NCBI GenBank assembly: GCA_938084905.1
Contig: CALKEQ010000001.1
Location: 26,835 to 90,834 of the forward strand
Direction of reading: 5' to 3'
DNA length: 64,000 nt
DNA from: an uncultured bacterium
Lineage (GTDB): Bacteria; Desulfobacterota; Syntrophorhabdia; Syntrophorhabdales; JANXAF01
Positions 53,381 to 63,204 of the stretch are shown in pieces. Made by a program: the position numbers and the translations under genes. Position 1 is the stretch's first letter. Each line of letters starts with the position of its first letter. Under the pieces are notes generated by a model. It did not search any database, was not told where the DNA came from, and was given only the letters and a program-made list of their open reading frames with translations.

Positions 53381-54650
53381 TGGGAACGAAGAAAACCCTC
53401 ATTTTTGATTCTTCAATGGCAAAAAGACCGGAGAGAATCTCAATCAAGGTCCTTCCCTCTTCCTTTTTTGCCTCAAGGAGGAAAGCGAATCTTTTTTTCC
53501 AGTTCTCCCCCTTTCTCTCATCAGTATAAAGACCGTAAAGGATGTTCAGTCCCCTCCAATCATCCTTTCTTTTATATTCCACAATTGAAAAGAGTGGGTT
53601 TATCAAGCTCTGGATGCGCTCAAATCTGAAAGGAAAAAGGAAGGGTAAACTAAAGCTCTTGGTGTTCTTTTTTTCCTCATATCCGAAAAGTGGCCAGACG
53701 TTGAAAAATGTCTCTTCCCCTTTTTTCGCGTACCTGTTTAATATGAGAAATCTCACATCGATCTCCTCTTCTCCTTCAAAGAACGATTCTTTTTTCGTGT
53801 AAAGAAAAGGCCAGAGAATCCCTTCTATTTCATATTCCTCCGTGACTAGATGTTTAAAAAAAGGAAAAATTGAGATTCCAACTTCCTTTCCATCTGATTT
53901 TGTAATGAAAGGCCAGAGGATGGACTCCTTCGTGCCCTCACGATTTTTGAAGTAGCAGTAAAGTGGAAAAAGTACGCAATAGGACTCGACTGATCTTGAT
54001 TCGTTTCTACCGGATAGATAAAAGGGCAGAAAATAAAAGGAGTAGTAAGGGTCTTCTGTGTCCATGTCCTTCTTTTCTAAATAAATTAATGGCCATAGAA
54101 AAAATCTCGATTTCTTTACCCCTTCGATTTCCCTTACTCCGTAAAGTGGAAAAACCTTGTATCCAGTCTCTTTACCACTGTACAAAGAAAAAAAGGGCCA
54201 TATAAAGTTCTCCTTTTTCTTCCCCTTGATTTCGCTTACCCCGTAAATTGGCCAAAGAAAAAAGCCAATTCTGTCCCTGCCGAATCTGTTTTTCATCTCT
54301 CCGTAGAAGGGAAAGATGCCAAAAAAAGTTTCATCCCCTTCCCTTCCATAAAATAGGAGAAAAAGGGAGAAGTAGCTCCTATCTATTTCCTTTGTGGCAG
54401 AGTAAAATGGGATAAAGTAGGATTTATCAGGCGAAAATTTTGCAAGGGGGTATGGAAACATGAGAGCCTTCTCCTCATGTATTAGAAAAAGGGGCCTTAT
54501 GATTTTTTCCTTTTTACCCTCCTTTTTTGAGAATGAGACAAGGGGACCGAATATCCTTTTTTCTTCCCCAAATTCATAAAAGACGGGCCAGAAGGCCTCA
54601 AGACTTAAAGGCAAAAGTAAAAAAAGAGTAAGGAGATACCTGTGCATCAA
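53343..54650 (-). CDS. secreted repeat protein of unknown function ([W/F]P[LFI][FY] repeats)
   Basis: 435 aa with a signal peptide and about 17 degenerate repeats (FLWPIYGV, FIWPFFSLY, FLWPLIYL, ILWPFITK, ILWPFLYT, VWPLFGY, IFPFYGE...). 4-nt overlap with the mlaD stop. Confidence 0.7.
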   Translation of the reverse strand: MMHRYLLTLFLLLPLSLEAFWPVFYEFGEEKRIFGPLVSFSKKEGKKEKIIRPLFLIHEEKALMFPYPLAKFSPDKSYFIPFYSATKEIDRSYFSLFLLFYGREGDETFFGIFPFYGEMKNRFGRDRIGFFLWPIYGVSEIKGKKKENFIWPFFSLYSGKETGYKVFPLYGVREIEGVKKSRFFLWPLIYLEKKDMDTEDPYYSFYFLPFYLSGRNESRSVESYCVLFPLYCYFKNREGTKESILWPFITKSDGKEVGISIFPFFKHLVTEEYEIEGILWPFLYTKKESFFEGEEEIDVRFLILNRYAKKGEETFFNVWPLFGYEEKKNTKSFSLPFLFPFRFERIQSLINPLFSIVEYKRKDDWRGLNILYGLYTDERKGENWKKRFAFLLEAKKEEGRTLIEILSGLFAIEESKMRVFFVPIRRGQRGTQNVP

Positions 54651-55672
54651 AAGAGAATCCCAAGGAGGGTTCCGAGAACCGTAATGGGTGTCATCTCCTG
54701 AATTCCTTCGGAGGCTCTCTGAATATCCTTTATCGCCTTTTTGGTCTCTGCGTATAGAGTTTCGTCTTTTGTAAGCTTGCCAATTGTGCCCTCCCCCTTA
54801 CTTACGGATTCTGTTATTTCCTTCAGATTCCTCACCGTATCTTTTGCCTCCACATATATGGATTCGTCTTTGAGGAGTCTACCAATAGTTCCTCTTCCTT
54901 CGTCGACTTCCTTTGCGATGTTTCTAATCGTTCCAACTGCCTCTTTTGCCTCGCTTATCATTGCCTTAGCATCTCTGTACACAGAATCATCTTTAAGGAG
55001 TAGTCCAAGGGTTCCTCTCCCCTCTTCCACCTCCTTAACTATTTTTTTTAGTCCTGATACTGCCTCATCAGCATTGGATATGAGCTTTATTACGTTTTCC
55101 TTGTTTTTTGATACAATGTCACTAAAATCGCCGCTTACGTTCTTTAAATTCTTCAAGCTCTCCTTTATGTTGACTTTCTCCTTTTCTCCAAATACGCCCT
55201 TAAGTTCACCCATTAACTCTCCAAAGCTAGATGCTGCCATATCTATCCTTTTAAACATCTCCTCAAAGGATGGGAAACTGACCACGTTTTCTATTACCCC
55301 GTTTTTAGGAAGATAAACCTTTTCCTTCCCTGGCAAAATTTCAATGTACCTATCTCCGAGGACACCCTCTGTTCTCACAACAACTAAACTGTCCTTCGGA
55401 ATCTTCACATCTTCCCTTATCATCATAACCACCTTTGCCCTGTAGTTCTCAAGGGTTACACTTTTCACCTTTCCGATTATAACCCCTGCCAGCTGAACAG
55501 AGGAACGGGTATCTATTCCCGATGCATTTTCAAGATATGCGGAAAGCTCGTAAAATTTCACCTTCATCACCCCGAACCTCTCAATCTTGAAGGAAATGTA
55601 AAAAAGGAGGATTATTCCAGCAAGAACAAGCAAACCAACCTTTAACTCAGGTCTCAATTTTTCCCTTTTCAT
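54647..55672 (-). CDS. mlaD: MCE/MlaD-family protein
   Basis: N-terminal TM helix plus MCE domain. C-terminal three-fold G(R)GT[LI]G.L.KD..[VIL]Y repeat. Confidence 0.85.
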   Translation of the reverse strand: MKREKLRPELKVGLLVLAGIILLFYISFKIERFGVMKVKFYELSAYLENASGIDTRSSVQLAGVIIGKVKSVTLENYRAKVVMMIREDVKIPKDSLVVVRTEGVLGDRYIEILPGKEKVYLPKNGVIENVVSFPSFEEMFKRIDMAASSFGELMGELKGVFGEKEKVNIKESLKNLKNVSGDFSDIVSKNKENVIKLISNADEAVSGLKKIVKEVEEGRGTLGLLLKDDSVYRDAKAMISEAKEAVGTIRNIAKEVDEGRGTIGRLLKDESIYVEAKDTVRNLKEITESVSKGEGTIGKLTKDETLYAETKKAIKDIQRASEGIQEMTPITVLGTLLGILF

Positions 55673-56430
55673 TTTTTACCCCCTATCTCCTTTATTCTTG
55701 CTGCTTCTAAAAACTGGGAGATTTCCTCAACGTCCATCGATATTATCTCTTCAGGTGTGCCATAAGCGATTATCTTTCCTCCTGATAGCATTGCCACCTT
55801 GTCTGCTATTCTGAACATTCCTATTATGTCATGACTTATAATTACGTACGTTTTCTTAAGTTTCCTCTGAGTATCCTGTATGAGCCTGAGGATTGTAAGT
55901 GCAGTAACAGGGTCGACACCTGCAGTCGGTTCGTCAAAAAGAACAACAGGAGGATCAAGTACAAGGGCCCTCGCAAGGCCAGCCCTCTTTTTCATACCAC
56001 CGGACACCTCGCTTGGAAGTTTGTCGTCGTGCCCAAATAAACCTACCTGCTCGAGTTTCTCATCAACTATCCTCTTTATCTCTTCCTTTCTCATCTTTGT
56101 CCTCTCAATCAGAGGAAATGCCACGTTCTCCCAGATGGTCATTGAATCGAAAAGTGCTGCTTCCTGGAAAAGCACCCCAAACTTAGTCCTCATCTTATTC
56201 AGCTCACTCTCATCAAGTCTTGTAATCTCGACTCCATCAACCCATATCTCACCGCTGTCTGGTTTCATCAGTCCAATTATGTGCTTAAGGAGCACACTTT
56301 TACCACTTCCACTTTTTCCAATAATAACCGTTATCTTTCCCCTTTCTACCTCAAGATTCACACCATCTAGGACCCTGTTATTCTCAAAACTCTTCTTAAG
56401 TTCCACTATCCTTATGACAACATCTTCCAT
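55669..56430 (-). CDS. mlaF: ABC transporter ATP-binding protein MlaF
   Basis: Walker A GKSGSGKS, signature VSGGMKKRAGLARAL, Walker B VLFDEPT. Start set at the ATG at 56430 (MEDVVIRIVEL), directly after the mlaE stop. Confidence 0.88.
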   Translation of the reverse strand: MEDVVIRIVELKKSFENNRVLDGVNLEVERGKITVIIGKSGSGKSVLLKHIIGLMKPDSGEIWVDGVEITRLDESELNKMRTKFGVLFQEAALFDSMTIWENVAFPLIERTKMRKEEIKRIVDEKLEQVGLFGHDDKLPSEVSGGMKKRAGLARALVLDPPVVLFDEPTAGVDPVTALTILRLIQDTQRKLKKTYVIISHDIIGMFRIADKVAMLSGGKIIAYGTPEEIISMDVEEISQFLEAARIKEIGGKK

Positions 56431-56431
56431 A

Positions 56432-57196
56432 CTAAAAAAGGAGAGAGGTAAGTATGTAGTCTGAAACGAGTATGGACACACACGAGGCAACAACGGCCTC
56501 GGTTGTGGCTTTTCCAACACCTTCCGCTCCACCTTTGGCATAGAAACCCTTACAACAACATATAAGACTAAATATGATCCCAAAGCATGCAGCTTTTACA
56601 AGGCCAACGTATATATCATGAAACTCAAGGTACCTGTACATCCTGTTCAGAAAGATCCCCTCTCCAACATCCAGTAATTTAACTGCCACAAAGTAGCCTC
56701 CCAAAATACCAAGGACGTCAGCAATTATAGTCAAAATTGGAAGCATAAGGAAAGAGGCGATAACACGTGGAACGATAAGGTACTTTACAGGATTCAATGC
56801 CATCACAACGAGTGCGTCAATCTGTTCAGTTACCCTCATTGTTCCAATCTCCGCAGCCATAGCTGAACCCGCTCTGCTTGCAACCATAAGTCCAGTAAGG
56901 ACAGGGCCAAGCTCTCGAGTCATACTAAGTGCTACGGTTACTCCTATAAGTCCTTCCGCTCCCACCTTCCTAAAGCCATAGTAACTTTGGAGTGCAAGCA
57001 CCATTCCAGTGAACGTACCTGTAAGAAACACAACAGGTAAGGACTTTACACCTACAAATTCCATCTGCCTTACTATGTAGTCGATTTTTAAAGGTCTCTG
57101 GAATGCCAGAAGGGCACACTGAAAGAAAAGGTATCCTACCATCCCAAGTTCTGAAACGAACCTACTCAGAGGTTTAAGGATCTCCTTTAGGTTCAT
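56432..57196 (-). CDS. mlaE: ABC transporter permease MlaE
   Basis: 254 aa. The MlaE-type motif ALSMTRELGPVLTGLMVASRAGSAMAAEIGTMRVTEQIDAL is highly conserved. Confidence 0.9.
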   Translation of the reverse strand: MNLKEILKPLSRFVSELGMVGYLFFQCALLAFQRPLKIDYIVRQMEFVGVKSLPVVFLTGTFTGMVLALQSYYGFRKVGAEGLIGVTVALSMTRELGPVLTGLMVASRAGSAMAAEIGTMRVTEQIDALVVMALNPVKYLIVPRVIASFLMLPILTIIADVLGILGGYFVAVKLLDVGEGIFLNRMYRYLEFHDIYVGLVKAACFGIIFSLICCCKGFYAKGGAEGVGKATTEAVVASCVSILVSDYILTSLLF

Positions 57197-58344
57197 AGGT
57201 AGTACCTTTTTACACTCTTTGATATTCCACAGAAGATCTCGTAAGGTATGGTTTTCAGTTTCTCTGCCAGTTCCCAGGCTGTTATTCTCTCCTTCCCTTC
57301 ACAGCCAAGGAAAATTACAGGATCACCTTTTTGAGCTTCTGTTTCTGTCACGTCTATCAGCGTCCAGTCCATGCATATTCTACCAACTACAGGGCATCTC
57401 TTACCTCTCACTATTACAGAGGCGCAATTGGAAAGTTCCCTCCTGTATCCCTCACCGTATCCAAAGGGAACAAAAGCGATCTTGGTTTTTCTGTTCGTTC
57501 TATACGTTCTTCCATAGCTCAGAAAAGAACCCTCTTCAAAATCCTTTAAAAATGCGATTCTTCCTTTCAAAGATAGGGCCTCCTCTATTGGGAGAGCCCC
57601 CTCCAAGTTCCTTGAGGGGTAAGTGCCGTAAATACCGATTCCAACTCTCACCATGTTAAAGTGGGATTCAGGGTAGTTTATAACTGCACCAGTGTTTGCC
57701 ATATGAACGTACTTCGGGTTTATTCCACTTAATCGAAAAAAGTCCACTATTTTGGAGAAAATTTCGATTTGACCTAAACCATAGGAATCTCTCTCCTCCG
57801 AACTGGAAAAATGGCTCATTATCCCGTCAACTAAAAGGGAACTCTCATTCCTTAAAAACTCCACAAGAGCTCCCGCTTCTTCCGGCATAAAACCAAGCCT
57901 TCCCATGCCTGTGTCAAACTTTATATGGAAGGGTATTTTTTTCCCTGATCTCTTTGCAAGACCGAGAAGTCTCTTTAGCCCTTCGATCTCGTGTACTACA
58001 GGAGTAAGGTCATACTTAAGTATTGACCTTTCTCCATCAAAAGGGAGAATCCCTCCGAGAACGAGGATCCTTCCCCCTATCTTAGCCTTTCTCAGTTCTA
58101 TCCCCTCTTCTATGGTTGATACGCCAAAAAAATTACAGCCTGCCAAAGAAAGCCTCCTCGAGACCTCAATTATACCGTGACCGTAGGCGTCGGCCTTAAC
58201 AACCGCGAGAACATCCACTTCCTTTCCTACTTTCCCCTTTATGAGATTGTAGTTTCTCTCTATTTTTCCTAGGTCAATTTCGACAAAAATCCTCTCCTTC
58301 TCTTTAGCTCGAGAGTCTTTTGAAGACCTTCTCATAAGCTTCAA
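57193..58344 (-). CDS. alr: alanine racemase
   Basis: AVVKADAYGHG PLP-lysine motif. 383 aa. The exact start is uncertain because it overlaps the hemL 3' end. Confidence 0.88.
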   Translation of the reverse strand: MKLMRRSSKDSRAKEKERIFVEIDLGKIERNYNLIKGKVGKEVDVLAVVKADAYGHGIIEVSRRLSLAGCNFFGVSTIEEGIELRKAKIGGRILVLGGILPFDGERSILKYDLTPVVHEIEGLKRLLGLAKRSGKKIPFHIKFDTGMGRLGFMPEEAGALVEFLRNESSLLVDGIMSHFSSSEERDSYGLGQIEIFSKIVDFFRLSGINPKYVHMANTGAVINYPESHFNMVRVGIGIYGTYPSRNLEGALPIEEALSLKGRIAFLKDFEEGSFLSYGRTYRTNRKTKIAFVPFGYGEGYRRELSNCASVIVRGKRCPVVGRICMDWTLIDVTETEAQKGDPVIFLGCEGKERITAWELAEKLKTIPYEIFCGISKSVKRYYL

Positions 58345-59593
58345 TTGTGAAAGCTATCTCCTCTTCTCCGTGAGATAAAGTCAAAAAGGACGCCTCAAAT
58401 GGGCTTGGTGGGAAAAAAATACCCGAGTCGAGCATAAGCTTGAAGAATTTCTCATACATTCTTCTGTCGCTACTTTTCGCACTCTCGTAGTCATCTACCT
58501 CTCTTTCTGTGAAAAAGCCTGAAAACATCCCGCAAATTCCATTTACGGTATAAGGGATTCGGTACCTTTTAGCAAATTTTTCAGTCTCCTCCATTATCAG
58601 ATTCACCTTTTCGCTAAGATAAGTGTACGCCTCTTTGTGTTCCTCCAGATACTTTAGCACGTAAAGACCAGCTCTTACTGCAACAGGGTTTCCAGAGAGA
58701 GTTCCAGCCTGGTAAACACCTCCAAGGGGAGAGATACATTCCATTATCTCTCTTTTGCCTCCAAATGCTCCAACTGGAAAACCACCCCCTATTATCTTTC
58801 CCAGACATGTGATATGAGGATCAATCCCAAATATCGTTTGAGCACCACCATAGGTAACTCTAAATCCGGTGATTACCTCATCAAATATGAGTAGAATCCC
58901 ATTCTCCTTACAGATAGATTCCAATTCTCTTAAGAAATTGGCCTTAGGAAGAATAACACCCATATTTCCCATTATAGGTTCAACAATGATTGCGGCAATA
59001 TCCCTTTGTTGTTTTACGATCCTCCACACAGAGTCTATATTGTTGAAGTCTGCTACAAATGTGTTTCTTACATGTTCCTCAAGTACCCCTCTGCTTTCCG
59101 GCTGGGACATCTCAGCCATCCCCGATCCGCCGCTTGTCAGGAGAAAATCTGCATGGCCATGGTAAGCTCCTCTGAACTTTACTATGTTTTTTCTGCCCGT
59201 AAATCCCCTCGCAAGCCTTATAGCACTCATCGTAGCTTCAGTACCGGAGTTTGTAAGTCTAAGGAGCTCAATGGAAGGAAAGGCTGAGATGATCCTTTGG
59301 GCAAGTTCAACCTCATACGGATGACAGGCACCGTAGCTGGTGCCCTCATCTAATGCCTTTTTTACTTCAGCGACAAGCCCCGGATCGGCATGGCCGAGGA
59401 TTATAGCCCCAAAGGAGGCAACGTAATCTAAGTATCTATTTCCATCAATATCGAAGAGATAAGCCCCCTTTGCCTTCTCTACGTAAAAAGGCGTGCCATT
59501 TACAGAGATGAAGGATCTGACCGGACTATTTACCCCTCCTGGGATGATTTTTTTTGCCCTTTCAAAAAGTTTATAGGACTTTTCCCTATTCAT
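58304..59593 (-). CDS. hemL: glutamate-1-semialdehyde 2,1-aminomutase
   Basis: 429 aa. GGVNSPVRSF N-terminal motif and class III aminotransferase fold (DEVITGFR). Confidence 0.93.
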   Translation of the reverse strand: MNREKSYKLFERAKKIIPGGVNSPVRSFISVNGTPFYVEKAKGAYLFDIDGNRYLDYVASFGAIILGHADPGLVAEVKKALDEGTSYGACHPYEVELAQRIISAFPSIELLRLTNSGTEATMSAIRLARGFTGRKNIVKFRGAYHGHADFLLTSGGSGMAEMSQPESRGVLEEHVRNTFVADFNNIDSVWRIVKQQRDIAAIIVEPIMGNMGVILPKANFLRELESICKENGILLIFDEVITGFRVTYGGAQTIFGIDPHITCLGKIIGGGFPVGAFGGKREIMECISPLGGVYQAGTLSGNPVAVRAGLYVLKYLEEHKEAYTYLSEKVNLIMEETEKFAKRYRIPYTVNGICGMFSGFFTEREVDDYESAKSSDRRMYEKFFKLMLDSGIFFPPSPFEASFLTLSHGEEEIAFTIEAYEKVFKRLSS

Positions 59594-60062
59594 TTTTCAG
59601 AGAGAGACCGGTTTTTTTAAATTCCCTTTTGCTCAGAAATACCCTGTACTCCTTAATCCCTGTTTTTTCTGATATCTCCTTTACTTTTTCGAAGAATTCT
59701 CTCTCGTTTTTTGTGTGGATCATGGTGTAAAGGTTGTAATCCCAGAATCCAGACTTCTCCCTCTCGTAGCAATGGCTCACCTCAGGGTATGAGGCCATTA
59801 TCTTTCCCTTCTCCTCAACCTCCTCCTCCTTTACCTTCCAGACAACCATCCCATTGTAAAGATAGGATACCTTTCTATGGTTAAGAATGGCAGCGATCCT
59901 TCTCAATTTCCCATCTTCCCTCATCTGTCTTAAGATCCCAATAAGATCCTTCTCCTCCATCCCAGCATTTTCTGCTATGATCCCGTAAGGTCTCTCCACA
60001 AGGGGAAAATCTGACGGTATCTTTTTTAAGATCTCTTTCTCGTCCACAAGGGATAGTTTCAC
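59586..60062 (-). CDS. siroheme decarboxylase subunit (AhbA/AhbB, NirDLGH family)
   Basis: 158 aa Lrp/AsnC-like protein. FPLVERPY and NHRKVSY..NGMVVWKV motifs are typical of AhbA/B. Adjacent to hemL. Confidence 0.75.
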   Translation of the reverse strand: MKLSLVDEKEILKKIPSDFPLVERPYGIIAENAGMEEKDLIGILRQMREDGKLRRIAAILNHRKVSYLYNGMVVWKVKEEEVEEKGKIMASYPEVSHCYEREKSGFWDYNLYTMIHTKNEREFFEKVKEISEKTGIKEYRVFLSKREFKKTGLSLKNE

Positions 60063-60097
60063 ATATAAAGGTTGAGCTTTTCAAGCTAAAAGGTGTG

Positions 60098-60111
60098 TTT
60101 TTTTTTTTTTT
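60098..60111. repeat. T14 homopolymer flanked by GTGTG on both sides
   Basis: GTGTG-T14-GTGTG in the 79-bp divergent intergenic region between the ahb-like gene and the hybrid kinase gene. Confidence 0.9.
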
Positions 60112-60141
60112 GTGTGTTATACTTAAATTACTACCTATTGA

Positions 60142-63100
60142 ATGAGCGCGCAATCCAGACAAAAAAGATCAAAAAAATCGGGGATAATCTCAACCTTCTT
60201 CGATTCCATCCCAGAATCCTTACTACTGGTTGATGGCGAAGGTAGGGTCCTTTTTGCGAACAAGGGGTTTGCAAAAAGGGTGGGTAGACCCCTAGAAAAG
60301 ATAATCGGTTTTACCTTGTTCGACCTCTTTCCCAAGAATGTGGCAGAATTACGAACATCCCATATAAAGAGGGTCTTTGAGACTAGGTCTATTCAGATTT
60401 TCGAAGACGAAAGAGAAGGAAGGTACTACAAGGCTTACATGATCCCCATTTTTAATAGAAAAGGTGAAGTACACCTAGTTGGAATTTACGCAGCTGACGT
60501 AACTGAGGAGAAGAAAACATTAGAGCTCCTAAGGATGGAAAAGGAGCAAATGATCTCAATTTTCAATAGTCTAGATCACCCAATCTACGTCAGTGACATG
60601 GATACCTTCGATGTGCTCTTCGCAAACGATTATTTAAAAAGGATGCTAGGTAGGGACCCGACTGGAGGTAAGTGTTTTAGGGAATTTCAAGGCTTTGAAA
60701 GTCTCTGCGACTTCTGTCCAAATTCCACACTACGTGAACTTAAAGGAGAACCTTACAGATGGGAGTACTATAATCCAGTTCTGAAAAGGTACTTTGACAT
60801 AACTGACAAGGTTATAAGATGGTACGACGGTAGGGATGTAAAACTTGAAGTGGCGATTGACATAACTGAAAGAAAAAATGCCGAGATGGCATTGAAACTG
60901 AGTGAGGAGATCTTTAGATCCTCTATAGCCAATCTCCGTGAGGGATTTGTACGGTTGACCCTTGATGGAAAGATAGTCTTTGTAAATTCCGCTTACGCCA
61001 GAATCTACGGGTTCCTTTCACCAGAGGAGATAACAAGGTCAGAAAAAAACTTCTTCAAAGATCTCTTCGTCAATCAGAAAGACGGGGAAAGACTATTGGA
61101 GCTTTTGAAAAAAGAGGGTCAGATTGAAAACTTTGAATCTGAAAGAAAAAGAAAAGACGGGCAAAGAATCTGGGTATCAACAAATGCAAGGGTTGTAAAA
61201 GGCGAATATGGGGAGATCTCCTTCATCGAGGCAACAGAGGTTGATGTAACGGAGAAGAAAAAAGCGGAAGAGACTTTGGAGGAGGAAAGGAGGAAGTTCT
61301 CCGTTCTTGTTGAGAATCTACCATTTGGCGTTGTTCTCTGTGATATTAGTGGTAAATACCTTTATGTGAATCCAAAATTCACAGAGATTACAGGTTACAC
61401 AATAGAGGATGTACCAGACGGAAGGACCTTTTTGAAAAAGGCCTATCCTGACAAAGGTTTAAGGCAAGAGGCTTCATCTCTCTGGAAAAAAGACGTAGAA
61501 AAAATGAGGATCGGAGAATCCACACCTAGAACCTTTTCCGTAACGTGTAAAGATGGTACTGTAAAAAGGTTTACAATTACAACTGTGTATGTGGCAGAAG
61601 GTCTTTTCGTGATGTCCTTTGAGGACGTGACAGAAAAGGAGAGGAACGAAATTCTTCTCCGCGAGAGCGAAAAGAGATTCAGATCCATATTTGAGAACGC
61701 CCAGGAAGGCATCTTCCAGTCCACAATAGATGGAAAGATCCAGATCGCCAATCCAAGGCTCGTAGAAATGCTTGGCTATTCCTCATTTGAGGAATTAAAA
61801 GAATCCATTAAAGATGCAAGAACCCAAGTTTACGTCAACCCTGAAGATAGGGATAGGCTAATTCGGACAATTGAAAGAGAAGGAAAGGTAGTTAACTTTG
61901 AAACCCAGCTTTTAAGGAAGGATGGAAAGATAATCTGGGTCAATATTAGCGCCTGGCCTGTATATGACGAAAATGGCAATTTAGTTTCCATTCAAGGAAT
62001 ACAGGAGGATGTAACGGGAAGGAAAAAGAAGGAGGAGGAGCTAAACTCACTTAGGGAGCAGTTTTTACAGGCCCAAAAGATGGAGGCAATAGGACGCCTT
62101 GCAGGAGGCATAGCTCATGACTTCAGTAACATCCTCACAGTCATAATTGGTACATGTCAGCTCGCACTTATGGATCTAAAAAATGAGGAAAGGATCAAAA
62201 AAAGTCTTGAGAAGATAATCAATTCGGCAGAGAAGGCTTCATCTCTCACAAAGCAGCTTCTCGCCTATAGCAGAAAGCAGCTTATGCAGCTCAGGATAAT
62301 AGATCTTAACGAGCTTCTGGGAGATATGGAAGAGATGATAAGGAGACTACTCGGTGAGGATATAGAGGTGATAACTTACCTTTCTCCCGATTTAGGAAGA
62401 GTAAAAGCAGATCCAACTCAGTTGCAGCAGGTAATACTGAACCTCGTTGTAAACGCCAAAGACGCCATGCCTCAAGGTGGAAAACTGATAATTGAGACCT
62501 ACAACGTGGAACTTACTGAGGATTACGCAAGAACCCATTTTGGCGTAAGTCCTGGCAAATACGTAATGCTTTCCATAACGGATACAGGCTGCGGGATACC
62601 AAAGGATATCATGCCCCATATTTTCGAACCTTTCTTTACAACAAAGGGGAAAGGGGAAGGAACCGGTCTTGGACTCTCGACCGTTTACGGAATTGTAAAA
62701 CAACTCTCAGGGCATATATACGTCTACAGTGAAGAAGGAAGGGGAACAACATTCAAGATATATCTGCCCAGTGTAAAAGAAAAAGAAGATGTCAAAGAAA
62801 AAGAGGAGATTCAAGAAAGGGTTGTTCTTCCCTCCAATGTGAATCTCCTCCTTATTGAGGACGATGAGGAAGTACTGAAAGTAACATCTGAAATGCTGAG
62901 AAATTCTGGATTTAAAGTACTTGAGGCTAAAAATGAAGATGAGGCTCTAAAGGTGGCATCTGATTTTAAGGAAAGGATCGACGTTATTGTTACTGACGTT
63001 GTTATCCCTGGAATAAAGGCTCCAGCACTCGTTGCGAAAATAAAAAAGATCCATCCTGAGGCAAAGATCCTATACATGTCCGGATACACTGAGAACGTCA

Positions 63101-63204
63101 TATCTCATCAGGGAATCGTCTTTCCGGGAGTAAATTTCATTCAAAAGCCTTTTGCCTTGGAAGATTTAAAAACGAAGATAATTGAACTCCTCAAGAAGGG
63201 TTAG
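60142..63204 (+). CDS. multi-PAS hybrid sensor histidine kinase with C-terminal receiver domain
   Basis: 1020 aa with at least five PAS/PAC units, H-box GGIAHDFSN, HATPase (DTGCGI, GTGLGLS) and a receiver (LLIEDDEE...DVVIPG). Confidence 0.9.
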   Translation: MSAQSRQKRSKKSGIISTFFDSIPESLLLVDGEGRVLFANKGFAKRVGRPLEKIIGFTLFDLFPKNVAELRTSHIKRVFETRSIQIFEDEREGRYYKAYMIPIFNRKGEVHLVGIYAADVTEEKKTLELLRMEKEQMISIFNSLDHPIYVSDMDTFDVLFANDYLKRMLGRDPTGGKCFREFQGFESLCDFCPNSTLRELKGEPYRWEYYNPVLKRYFDITDKVIRWYDGRDVKLEVAIDITERKNAEMALKLSEEIFRSSIANLREGFVRLTLDGKIVFVNSAYARIYGFLSPEEITRSEKNFFKDLFVNQKDGERLLELLKKEGQIENFESERKRKDGQRIWVSTNARVVKGEYGEISFIEATEVDVTEKKKAEETLEEERRKFSVLVENLPFGVVLCDISGKYLYVNPKFTEITGYTIEDVPDGRTFLKKAYPDKGLRQEASSLWKKDVEKMRIGESTPRTFSVTCKDGTVKRFTITTVYVAEGLFVMSFEDVTEKERNEILLRESEKRFRSIFENAQEGIFQSTIDGKIQIANPRLVEMLGYSSFEELKESIKDARTQVYVNPEDRDRLIRTIEREGKVVNFETQLLRKDGKIIWVNISAWPVYDENGNLVSIQGIQEDVTGRKKKEEELNSLREQFLQAQKMEAIGRLAGGIAHDFSNILTVIIGTCQLALMDLKNEERIKKSLEKIINSAEKASSLTKQLLAYSRKQLMQLRIIDLNELLGDMEEMIRRLLGEDIEVITYLSPDLGRVKADPTQLQQVILNLVVNAKDAMPQGGKLIIETYNVELTEDYARTHFGVSPGKYVMLSITDTGCGIPKDIMPHIFEPFFTTKGKGEGTGLGLSTVYGIVKQLSGHIYVYSEEGRGTTFKIYLPSVKEKEDVKEKEEIQERVVLPSNVNLLLIEDDEEVLKVTSEMLRNSGFKVLEAKNEDEALKVASDFKERIDVIVTDVVIPGIKAPALVAKIKKIHPEAKILYMSGYTENVISHQGIVFPGVNFIQKPFALEDLKTKIIELLKKG

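Noticed and set aside
54741-56464. Long plus-strand ORFs (191 aa and 194 aa) antisense to mlaD and mlaF.
   Set aside because: Their Ser/Thr/Pro/Phe-rich low-complexity translations are typical of shadow frames opposite Lys/Glu-rich genes. The sense-strand genes carry strong family motifs.
56431-56583. N-terminal 51-codon extension of mlaF (track start 56583).
   Set aside because: The extension runs through the mlaE 3' end. MEDVVIRIVEL at 56430 aligns with normal MlaF N-termini and directly follows the mlaE stop.
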